Shown here in pieces: positions 1-10,239 of a stretch of 64,000 nt of DNA (positions are counted from its first letter, which is position 1; each line of letters opens with the position of its first letter). Source of the DNA: Chiloscyllium plagiosum (taxonomy: Eukaryota); contig NC_057720.1 in assembly GCF_004010195.1 (NCBI RefSeq), positions 36,700,334 through 36,764,333 on the forward strand. Reading direction: 5' to 3'. The notes under the pieces are model-generated. The model saw only the letters and a program-made list of their open reading frames with translations. It did no database searches and was not told the origin of the DNA. The translations under genes were made by a program, and so were the position numbers.

Positions 1-1347
1 ATGAAACCTGCAGAAGTGGCGGTGGTCAAGTGTAGAGGACATGATAAAGCAGATACAGTTGTAGCGAAGGGTAATCAGGAAGCAGACTCAGCAGCAAAGA
101 AAGCAGCAGGGTATACACCACAGTATATAATGATGCAAACAGAGAGAACCGTGTATGACCTGCTGCCCGCTTGCGATGCGAATGTGTTAATAACAGAGCA
201 GCAGAAAGCCTCTCCTCATGAACTGACAGTATGGAGAGAGAGAGGGGCCACAGAGTCAGAAGGGATTTGGAGGTCACCGGATGGTAGACCAGTGCTACCC
301 CCAGGTTTGATAGCTTCTATGCTTCAGGAGGCACATGGGCTCACACATTGTGGAAAAACACAGATGCAGAGGTATCTGACACATTGGTGGCATCCGTTCT
401 TGCCAGCAATGATTGAAAATTATATCAGGGAATGTAGAACGTGTACAGAATATAACGTGAGACCAACAGTGAAACCACATGAGGGAAAATTCCCTCTTCC
501 AAGAATGCCAGGTCAGGAAATAGTGATTGACTACACTGATATGATAGAGAGAGTAAACGGATACCGGTACCTTCTGGTAGCAGTGGATGCATATACTGGT
601 TGGCCAGAAGCAATACCTGTGAAAAAGGAAGATGCAAAGACAGTGATCAAATTCTTGATAAACCAATATATTCCAACACATGGGTTTCCAAAGAAAGTCA
701 GGTCAGATAATGGCACACATTTTAAGAATAAAGACCTGCAAGAAGTTGAAGCAGCTTTAGGACAGAAACATACGTTTGGAACAGTGTACCTTCCTCAGTC
801 ACAGGGAAAAGTGGAAAGAACGAATCAGTTCATAAAAGGAAAAATAGAAAAAGTGTGTGCACAAACAAAGTTAAGCTGGGTGGATGCCCTACCTTTAGCT
901 TTAATGTCCATTAGAAGCTCAATAAACTCTATTACAGGGTTCACCCTGTATGAGCTGACAACAGGGCAGCAGTTCCCAGGACCAGGAGCTGGAATACAGA
1001 TGTTAGAGGGAAGAGGAGCCTCTCTAAGATACAAACCTTACTATGACCAACTAACAGCTTTGGTGTCAGCTTTCTCCAAACAGGTTGGACCGGAAAAAGG
1101 GGAACTACAGAGCCAGGTGCCATCTACCACAGACTGGGTCCTGCTGAAGGTGATCAAACGAAAGTGGTCAGAGCCGAGGTGGACAGGACCTCATAAGGTG
1201 GTGGAGAGGACATCTCATGCGGTCAGACTACAGGGGAAAGGAGAAAGCTAGTACCATTGGAGCCAGTGTGCAGCCACCGAACCGCCAACGAGAACTTTAG
1301 GACAAATAAGAACAGAAAAAAAGAGTAGAAGGGTCATAAATGTTTAA
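1..1347 (+). pseudogene. pol: ERV-1 pol, 3' part (end of RNase H plus integrase), 5'-truncated by the window edge, one premature stop at 1249-1251
   Basis: RNase H end (KCRGH...GNQEADSAAK), integrase HHCC (HGLTH...CRTC), D,D(35)E residues (IDYTD, RSDNG, QGKVER) and a C-terminal PRWTGP (GPY/F-like) motif. The frame continues past TAG 1249-1251 as YHWSQC... to TAA 1345-1347. Gamma/epsilon-like class is inferred from the env type. Confidence 0.93.
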
Positions 1348-2416
1348 TGTTTGTACAAAGAAGGTTCTGGAAAAAGGGGGAGAGGTTCTCAAGATTTCTA
1401 AGCAAAGTTGTATAAAGGATATAATGTTTATCTCTGTAAGCAGCCCACATTACCTTAGGCTGTGGAGGTTGGGAGTCTTTGCTATTGTTTTATGTATAAG
1501 TGTTATGCTGCTGTTAATAGGAGTATTGACCACGAGGGACAAACACACAGGCGAGGGAGGAAGTTCCAGGAATAAAAGAGCAGGAGGACAAGAGGCGGAT
1601 AAATGTTTAAGGGAGACGAGGAGCCGGGTACACATCAGATACGATAGAAATCATGGTACAACATATCAGTTTGATTTATGCGAAGTAATTGATTGTGGCA
1701 AAGATATAGGGAGCTGGAGGGAGTATGATGTATATCTTTGCTTCTATGCCATTTACTATGTCCCATGCCCGTCGTGGGATAATGTATTAACATGGACTGG
1801 GGTACGATGGACTCCCAAGAGGTCGTCACCTTCGGATAATAGATGGAACATCCGAGATCATGTGAGCCTGACAAAGGGGCAACTTGATCATTCTTCAGAG
1901 TTAAAAAATCCACTTTTGTTAACCCTGACAAAATTTGATATTAATCCTAGTCCAAAAGAGGTACAGATGTACTGTGAGAGTGATGACAGAAGCTTTTATT
2001 TTGTAATAGGTGTAGATCAATCTGGAGTGGATAACATGGGATTATTAAAGGTAACCTTAGTGGACCCTCCTATGAGCCAGCCACAAACTGAAAATACAAG
2101 TATGAAGGTAGAACCAAGTTCAGGAGTTGTGGTAATAGACCACAACAACCTTACGAGCAGGGAGATTATTAAATTAGCTACCGGGTATGGGGACAAGAAC
2201 TTATGGCTGGACTGGATGACAGCGACCGCAACCTTAATGAATATGAGTAATTGCGTCGCGTGTTCTTCGGCAAGGCCAACCCTATTTACTACCCCAGCCC
2301 CATTGTCCCCTAATATAGACCCAACAGGATTTCACTGTATGATGGCCCTCACTATCCAGGTGGACCCTCCAAATTGTACCACATTAAGTGCTATTTTCCC
2401 ACCTGTAAAGAATTCT
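1340..2416 (+). CDS. env: ERV-1 env, signal region plus SU, open up to the N gap
   Basis: Directly follows pol. Hydrophobic segment LGVFAIVLCISVMLLLIGVL, Cys-rich SU, and CXXC motif (CVAC) in TGYGDKNLWLDW...CVACSSARP, homologous to env-2 TGYGDANAWIEW...CYACASGRP. No stop codon before the gap. Start codon uncertain (1340 or 1424). Confidence 0.88.
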
Positions 2417-3276
2417 NNNNNNNNNNNNNNNNNNNNNNNNNNNNNNNNNNNNNNNNNNNNNNNNNNNNNNNNNNNNNNNNNNNNNNNNNNNNNNNNNNNN
2501 NNNNNNNNNNNNNNNNNNNNNNNNNNNNNNNNNNNNNNNNNNNNNNNNNNNNNNNNNNNNNNNNNNNNNNNNNNNNNNNNNNNNNNNNNNNNNNNNNNNN
2601 NNNNNNNNNNNNNNNNNNNNNNNNNNNNNNNNNNNNNNNNNNNNNNNNNNNNNNNNNNNNNNNNNNNNNNNNNNNNNNNNNNNNNNNNNNNNNNNNNNNN
2701 NNNNNNNNNNNNNNNNNNNNNNNNNNNNNNNNNNNNNNNNNNNNNNNNNNNNNNNNNNNNNNNNNNNNNNNNNNNNNNNNNNNNNNNNNNNNNNNNNNNN
2801 NNNNNNNNNNNNNNNNNNNNNNNNNNNNNNNNNNNNNNNNNNNNNNNNNNNNNNNNNNNNNNNNNNNNNNNNNNNNNNNNNNNNNNNNNNNNNNNNNNNN
2901 NNNNNNNNNNNNNNNNNNNNNNNNNNNNNNNNNNNNNNNNNNNNNNNNNNNNNNNNNNNNNNNNNNNNNNNNNNNNNNNNNNNNNNNNNNNNNNNNNNNN
3001 NNNNNNNNNNNNNNNNNNNNNNNNNNNNNNNNNNNNNNNNNNNNNNNNNNNNNNNNNNNNNNNNNNNNNNNNNNNNNNNNNNNNNNNNNNNNNNNNNNNN
3101 NNNNNNNNNNNNNNNNNNNNNNNNNNNNNNNNNNNNNNNNNNNNNNNNNNNNNNNNNNNNNNNNNNNNNNNNNNNNNNNNNNNNNNNNNNNNNNNNNNNN
3201 NNNNNNNNNNNNNNNNNNNNNNNNNNNNNNNNNNNNNNNNNNNNNNNNNNNNNNNNNNNNNNNNNNNNNNNNNNNN
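2417..3276. other. Assembly gap (860 N)
   Basis: Run of N. Confidence 1.
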
Positions 3277-4045
3277 AAAAACAGAAGGCTGGCTGTGACT
3301 CTGGATGGATTCAGCACTCAGAACTATGTGGTGACTCTGTGTAACCCAAGCAGGGGGGTGGTCACGTGACGTCCCGTTTCGCGCCCCGGAAGAGTGCGAG
3401 GCGGTCACGTGACGTCGCGTTTCGTGCCCCGGAAGAGTGCGAGGCGGTTACGTGATGTCCCGTTTCGCGCCCCGGAAGAGTGCGAGGCGGTTACGTGCCG
3501 TCCTGTCTCGCGCCCGGAAGAGTGTGAGGCGGTCACGTGATGTCCCGTTTCGCGCCCCGGAAGAGTGCGAGGCGGTCACGTGCCGTCCTGTTTCGCGCCC
3601 CGGAAGAGTGCGGGCGGTCACGTGATGTTCTGTTTTGCGCCTCGGAAGAGTGCGGGCGGTCACGTGGTGTTCCATTTCGCGCCCCGGAAGTGGGTCGAGG
3701 AGGTCACGTGATGCTCCATTTTGCGGGCAAAAGAAGGTCACGTGGGGTCGGACATCTAGGAATGCGAGGAGGCGGGGAATGGAGTCAGATCAACACCCAA
3801 TCAGAAGATAATTCTACCTCAGTGTTTATATGACGTTTTTTATGGTATAAAAGACTGGGGCAGGGATAAAATGAGGTCTTTCTTTTTGAACAGTCACACG
3901 TTGCAGTTTGTCAGGGACAAAGAGGTTTAGACCCAGAGCTCTGAATGCCTTGTCCACTTACTGTTTAAAATAAATTAAGAGAGTGAGACTGAATATCTTC
4001 TCCTATTGCTTCAGTTAAAAGAACACGCAGGACTTGGCTCACACA
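3277..4045 (+). mobile_element. LTR-1, probable 3' LTR of ERV-1 (5' end in the gap)
   Basis: Tandem array, then CCAAT 3797-3801, TATAAAA 3846-3852, AATAAA 3969-3974 and a CA terminus at 4043 or 4045. This is U3-R-U5 order, and env-like coding sequence resumes immediately after. Confidence 0.78.
3361..3745 (+). repeat. 42-44 bp tandem array, 8 full plus 1-2 degenerate units, in the U3 of LTR-1
   Basis: Unit GTCACGTGACGTCCCGTTTCGCGCCCCGGAAGAGTGCGAGGCG; units start at 3361, 3404, 3447, 3490, 3532, 3575, 3617, 3659, 3703 and 3737 (partial). Confidence 0.97.
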
Positions 4046-5881
4046 GAGAAAGTAAGTTGGTAGATTGAGCCAAAGTCCAACATAATCCACAAGTAATAGA
4101 TGCTGATACATGCAGCTTAGTAAATTGTGGGGAAGTAGATAATCAGAGACAGTACCACAGCTCAGAGATACATCTTAAGTCCTACGGGGATGGCCTTGGG
4201 GATGGTACTTGGTATATAATGGTCTCGCCACAATACACAGGGCCCCCTTCCAACCAGCTCTCAATTGTCCCGATAAAAAGTGTAACCCAATATACTTAAC
4301 GTTAAAGAAAACCACATGGCATGAAGCGATTCTAGGGGGGGGGGAGCACCTATCGGGTACAATTGAATGAAACATTTGGGATAGAAATGAAAACAAATGG
4401 GAATGATTTCTCAGGCTGTTGTTTCCGAATTAGCGTAGGAAAGGGAAACCGGGCAGAACTACTGGATAATAAGATACAACCTTTCACCCCTCCCGATGAC
4501 CCTAAGGTGGTAAAAATTACAGAGGTGAAGGATTTGAAACAGACCACTGAAATAGAAACTGGATACGGGGATGCAAATGCCTGGATTGAATGGGTAAAGT
4601 ATACTGTAAAAAGTCTGAATAAGAGCAATTGCTATGCATGTGCCTCCGGTAGACCAGTGGCTCAGGTGGTCCCCTTTCTGCTCGGGTGGAAGCGAGACAG
4701 GAATGGCATGAAATGTATGATAGCCTTGTATCAGGATAAATCTGCATGGAATGATAGGAACTGTACCTCCCTATCTCTAATGTTCCCTCCCTTGGAGAAG
4801 AAAGACTTAAAAGCCCCCCCCCTATGTTTTCAGCTGCAGTCGGGAATCACATGTCGCATGTACGTAGACAAGGTACAAATCGGTCTAGAGACTTGGGGGA
4901 GCTGAAATTATGTACAGAAATTGAGAATGTCACCGAAACAGACAAGGGAGGGAACTACTCAGTATTGAAGGCTCCCTGAGCAGATCTGTAGTGGTACTCT
5001 GGTGGCAAAATATTGAGACCCACCCTACCTCCAGATTGGAGAGGGATATGTGCAATTGTACAATTGGCAATCCCATTCACCTTGGCATTTGAAAAGGAGA
5101 AGATTGCAACAAAAAGGGGGAGGAGTAAAAAAATCATTATGATAGGATTTATCTAGACTCTATAGGAGTTCCTACGGGGGTGCTAGATGAGTACAAGGCC
5201 CGTAACCAGACTGCAGCAGATTTTGAATCGGCTCTATTCTGGAGGATAACGGTCAACAAGAATGTGGACTGGATAAACTATATTTTCTATAATCAGCAAA
5301 GAATCATCAATTACACTAGGGATGCAGTCAAAGACATAGCAGAACAGTTTGATGCATCCAGTAGAATGGCCTGGGAAAATAGAATGGCCTTGGATATGAT
5401 CTTAGCTGAAAAAGGGGGTGTATGCGTGAAGTTAGGAGGGAGCTGTTGTACTTTTATTCCAAATAACACAGCACCTGACGGGTCAATCACTCGTGCCTTG
5501 CGAGGATTGACCACCTTGGTGGAAGAAGTGGCTGAGAATTCAGGGGTGGACACATCACTCACAGGATGGCTGGAATCATGGTTTGGGAAATGGAAGGGAG
5601 TGGTAGTCTCCATCCTCACCTCCCTGATAGTGGTAGTAGGGGTACTGGTAGCAATTGGCTGTTGTATCATACCTTGTGTACGGGGACTAACCCAACGGCT
5701 GATTGAGATAGCCTTGGCAAAACAGATGCCCCTAAAAGATAATAAGGCAGAGGAACTCTACCTCTTGAACAATGAAGGGATGGGTGACCTTGAGGCCAAG
5801 ATGGATGAAGTCTTGGGGATGATGCTTGCAAATTTGGGGGCTACATATGAGAGAAATGCAGAAGACAACAATTATTTTTAA
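4046..5881 (+). pseudogene. env: ERV-2 env, decayed (SU fragments in shifting frames; TM region open 5180-5881)
   Basis: SU remnants DTCSLVNCG (cf. env-1 DLCEVIDCG), CNPIYLTL (cf. NPLLLTL) and CYAC. Frameshift near the C-run at 4814-4822, stops at 4977 and 4989, degenerate furin site RSKK 5121-5132. TM has an immunosuppressive domain ENRMALDMILAEKGGVC, CX6CC (CVKLGGSCC, 5423-5449) and a membrane anchor (ILTSLIVVVGVLVAIGCCII). Confidence 0.92.
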
Positions 5882-5892
5882 AAAGGGGTGAG
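5881..5892 (+). promoter_or_regulatory. Polypurine tract of ERV-2
   Basis: AAAAGGGGTGAG between the env stop and the TG start of LTR-2. Confidence 0.75.
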
Positions 5893-5893
5893 T

Positions 5894-6462
5894 TGTAAGA
5901 AGCGCTTGCGAAGTTTGTTGTTTCTGCAAAAATCACAAGGCTGAATCATGGGGGCGGGGGTATATGTTAAGCTAGATATGCTTGCAAGCAGTTACAAGTA
6001 GCTGCATCTTGCTTCTGCAAAAATCGCAAGGCGGAATCATGAGGGTATATTCCAAGAAATAATTAACTGAAAAGGGAGGTGGTCGACTGGTAGAAACAGA
6101 TGTATTGATATGACCATTGTAATTGTCACGCACATAGGGAGTTAGTAGTTAGTATGAACAAGATAACCAAATAAGACCCTGTGTTGAGTCAGCAAAAGTA
6201 ATAAGACCCAGTATCAAGGTGGGGGGGGGGGGCGGATGGGGGTGGGGGTTGCACGCCACAGACAGACGTGGTAAGCCCATTAAATTAACAGAAGTAAGAG
6301 GGGAGTACCAAAAGACTCAACTGAACTGTATAAATTGTAATGTAACCTCCTGATCGGTGTGCCTCCTTTATGGTCACCCGGCTTGCAAGACCGTATGAAT
6401 AAAGACTGCTTCAGAATTTGACTCGGACTGAAATTATTGAACAGTGAGCTTCATTTCTCACA
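5894..6462 (+). mobile_element. LTR-2, 3' LTR of ERV-2 (569 bp)
   Basis: TGTAAGAA...TTCTCACA inverted termini (7/8 match), preceded by the PPT; TATAAA 6329-6334, AATAAA 6398-6403. No evident similarity to LTR-1. Confidence 0.88.
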
Positions 6463-8060
6463 GTTCTCAATATGGTGCAGATGTGTACACACTGGAAGGT
6501 CTTGCTAGTGGACAGTACTTCTACAGCTCTTATCATGTTTTCCAAGGAAGGCATCTAGCAGCCTGGTTGCATAATTAATGAAATGAAAGGAAGAAGATTG
6601 TATGAGAAATGTTGCTTCAAGCCATGCAGACCGTGCAACGTTAATCTCATTCAACAAAACATTTTAATTGATAATTGGAAAATTTGGTCTCTGTGCCTTT
6701 GCTGAGTTGAAACATCCTTAAAACCATTTAAGATAATTACTAAAAGACACCTCTTTGTTCAAAGTTTTGGTCAATTGCACTAACATCTGTTTATGCACCT
6801 CAGTATTATCTGTTTTATCATGCTCCTGCAATGCACCGTTAGGCATTTGATTACATTAAAGATTCCATATAAATATGGAAATTGTTATTAGCATAGGGAT
6901 GATGCTATACCTTGTCATTGATTTAATCTTCCTTGAAATTACTATAAATATATTTTTCAAATACTATTTTATTACCATCGCAGACACTCCAGGTGACAGC
7001 TATTTCACTGTAAATTACCGAAAACAACCCTTGTATTCTTGCATTATTTCCACGGAAACAATGAAAATAAAAAAAACTTGAAACTTCCCTCAGTTTTGCT
7101 GCAAAGCTGCGTGACCCCAGGAAGCCATTCTACAGTTCAAGAGTAATTAGAGATGGACAACAAACTGTTAGCTATTCCAGTGATGCCCACATCCCATGAA
7201 AGAACAAGGAAAAAACAGTTTCTACATTTTCCTCCACATTTCATACTTGAGTAATTTTTTAAAAATTGTACCAAAATATTTGATGACAGCACTAGATGTT
7301 TCCATTAGCATTTAGAACTTAACACAGTTACATTTCAAGGCTGACGTTTATTTTCTACACATTTCAATTTCTATCAGATAACGTCTACCAAAACTAGATG
7401 AATCATTTGTAATAACATCCAACATTTTGAGAAGTCTTTTGAATCACTGCTTAGCTGCAGACAAGTGCCAAAGTGTAATTTTGTCTCTCGTGTCAGGAGT
7501 GCAGCAGAGTGCAGTTACAATAGTGCAGGAAAATGCATGACATCTGACAGCCGAAAATAAATAGCAACACATGGAAAGCTCTGATAACATCATCACAAAC
7601 TGCTGGAAAGAAATTAGTACTTTGTTCATTAAGTGCATACTTGCCATTTTTCTTCCCCGAGAATACAAACAGGTAACTTGCTCTTGGCTTCCTGCTAATG
7701 TCACTTTTGCAACCTGTTGATCCATTGGACTAATGTTGTGGGTTTTTTTTTTCTTTTCATGAGCACTATTAGCACCATCAATTAGAGGAGTGTCAGGAGG
7801 ATCAAGGTTGTTGCAGCAGAAGCAGCAATCTGTACAGTTCCAAATTGTTATCACAGATATTCCTCTACCATACAGAACATCATGATGAACAGTTTGGTGC
7901 ATCACACACCCCTTTGGAATGTTCTAGCAAAGCCCTGTGATGGCTGTACCAAAACATTTCTTGCAATGCTTTTATTCAGAGCTTAATCAAACCAGGATGA
8001 TCATTTTGGTGTATCACACTAGCATGCTTCAATAGGGCTTCACACTATAAAACATTATAG

Positions 8061-8184
8061 GAGAAAGTGAGGAATGCAGATGCTGGAGATCAGAGCTGAA
8101 AATGTGTTGCTGGAAAAGCGCAGCAGGTCAGGCAGCATCCAAGGAGCAGGAGAATTGACGTTTCGGACATGAACCCTTCTTCAG
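8061..8184 (-). mobile_element. Penelope-like element 3' terminus with hammerhead-like motif
   Basis: Same terminal sequence as the GIY-YIG-bearing copies at 24.7-26.3 kb and 44.4-45.1 kb; minus strand reads CTGAAGA-A-GGGT-TCAT-GTCC-GAAACGTC. Confidence 0.75.
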
Positions 8185-8494
8185 CTCCACACTAAAACAT
8201 GCCTCACATACACAACTCATCAATTTATAGTAGGTATGAGAAAGAGAGATTGGATTTCCATCCACAATTCTGCCCACATGTCCAAGTTGGAACTGCAGAT
8301 ACCTACACCACCATTCTATTGTGCAGTGCACTATTATAAAGTATAAATTACTACAAATGCTGTTTTCTAATAAGGTCATTGTAATATGATGGGAAGAATT
8401 AAAAAAAAATTAGAACTGGAGTCACATTAACAAAAGTTAAAGTTAAAGTTACTTTGGACACCTCTGGTGATTTTGCACTTTAACATAAAATAGG

Positions 8495-8830
8495 TCAGAT
8501 CCTGCTGTTCTCCAATTTCAAATAACCTCCCTTCCTAGCACCTGCCCCTTCCTTCCATTCCTCTCATTGACCCTTCTAGCCAGCAAATGGATCCATTCTC
8601 CCCATCGACCAACCAGGTCAGACCCTCTATCTGTGTTGACCTCGCTCCACCACACACCCTACCTCCCACCCCCTTTACCTGAAGCTCTCTTTACACCAAC
8701 CCCAAGTCTTGAAGAAGGGTTACACCTAAACATTGACTTCTTCACCTCTTGATGCTGCCTGGCTTGCTGTGTTCTTCCAGCCTCCTGCTTGTCTACCTTG
8801 GATTTCAGCATCTGCAGTTTTTGTTTGTCT
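8495..8830 (+). mobile_element. Penelope-like element 3' fragment
   Basis: C/T-rich tract followed by the ...GATGCTGCCTGGCTTGCTGTGTTCTTCCAGC...CAGCATCTGCAG terminus shared with other copies. Confidence 0.65.
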
Positions 8831-9154
8831 CTTGCTGTAATGGTGGACCTCACAATAAACAGTATTGTTTGGATTCCTTATCTTACTGTGCAATCAATTC
8901 TCTTGCTCCAAATTTGTCAAAACATTAATAAAGGCTTGGAGCTAAAGGCACATCAGTGATCTTGTGAAGGTCATTCCAGTGGGCGTGATCATTGATCATT
9001 TGTACTACATGACAAATAGCTTAAAAGAAACATTAACTTATATAAGACATGCAACTGAGAGGTGAGTGACTTGTAAACTCTGAATTGGTCTTGAAAAAGT
9101 TAATAAAGCCGAGGTTTTGAAAAAAAAACGTTGTACAAAGCAGAAGCTAATTAG

Positions 9155-9942
9155 AGGTGCTGCATTTTGGAAAGCAAATCTTAGCAAGACTGTTACATTT
9201 AATGGGAAGGTCCTAGGGAACGTTGCTGGACAAAGAGACCTTAGCGTGCAGGTTCATAGCTCCTTTAAAGTGAAGTCGCAGGTAGACAGGATAGTGAAGA
9301 AAGTGTTTGGTATGCTTTATTTTATTGGTCACAGTATTGAGTACAGGAGTTGGGAGGTCATGTTGTGGCTGCACAGGACATTGGTTAGGCCACTGTTGAA
9401 TATTGCATACAATTCTGGTCTCCTGCCTATCGGAAAGATGTTGTGAAACTTGAAAGAGTTCAGAAAAGAGTAACAAGGTTGTTGCCAGGGTCGGAGGATC
9501 GGAGCTACAGGGAGAGGCTGAACAGGCTGGGGCTGTTTTCCCTGGAGCGTCGGAGGCTGAGGGGTGACTTTACAGAAGTTGACAAAATTATGAGGGGCAT
9601 GGATAGGACAAATAGACAAAGTCTTTTCCTTGGGGTCGGGGAGTCCAGAACTAGAGGGCATAGGTTTAAGGTGAGAGGGGAAAGCTATAAAAGGGACATA
9701 AGAAGCAACTTTTTCACACAGAGGGTGGTACGTGTATGGAATGAGCTGTCAGAGGAAGTGGTGGAGGCTGGTACAATTGCTACATTTAAAAGGCATTTGG
9801 ATAGGTATATGAATAGGAAGGGTTTGTAGGGATATGGAGTGGGTGCTGGCTAGTGTGACTAGATTGGGTTGGGATATCTGTTCAGCATGGACGAGTTGGA
9901 CGGAAGGGTCTATTTCCATGCTGTACATCCATATGACTCTTA
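9155..9942 (+). mobile_element. CR1-clade LINE (HER1-like), 5'-truncated
   Basis: ORF2 C-terminal peptides LVRPLL...LERVQKR...LFSLERRRLRGD...TRGHRFK...FFTQRVVRVWNEL followed by a short 3' UTR. Confidence 0.9.
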
Positions 9943-10239
9943 AGTATTTTGAACATAACACTTTCTTTCTGGAAAATGTGTAAGAAGACCCACACTTTGT
10001 CCTGAGACCTTACATGAAGTGGAAAGAAGGAACTGTTGGAAATGGTGAAAGCAGCAGCTTTCCCACTATCTTAGCTCAGTGACATCCAAGGATGTGATTC
10101 CCACCGGAACCTCCATGGTCCCAGGGACAGCAGAATGGTTTAGCTAGTAAAATAATTCCATTTGGCTACAGGTTTCAGATGGTTAAAACCTGAATCAATC
10201 CGAAAACGTCTATAATGAAACAGCTCAGTCACAGGACTA

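Noticed and set aside
2332..3408. Long ORFs spanning 2.3-3.4 kb
   Set aside because: Artefacts of translating the N gap.
3361..3745. CRISPR array, or Arg-rich ORFs 3437-3833
   Set aside because: Units are head-to-tail with no unique spacers, there are no cas genes, and the context is a eukaryotic LTR. The ORFs simply translate the repeat.
5180..5881. Domesticated syncytin-like gene
   Set aside because: Only the TM part is open. SU has stops and frameshifts, the furin site is degenerate, there is no signal peptide, and the ORF starts at GTG.
7444..7905. 153-aa minus-strand ORF, and a hydrophobic-plus-basic stretch in another frame
   Set aside because: No recognisable domain or convincing splice sites, and the transmembrane-like frame contains stops. 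A blastx search would be needed to exclude a decayed gene.
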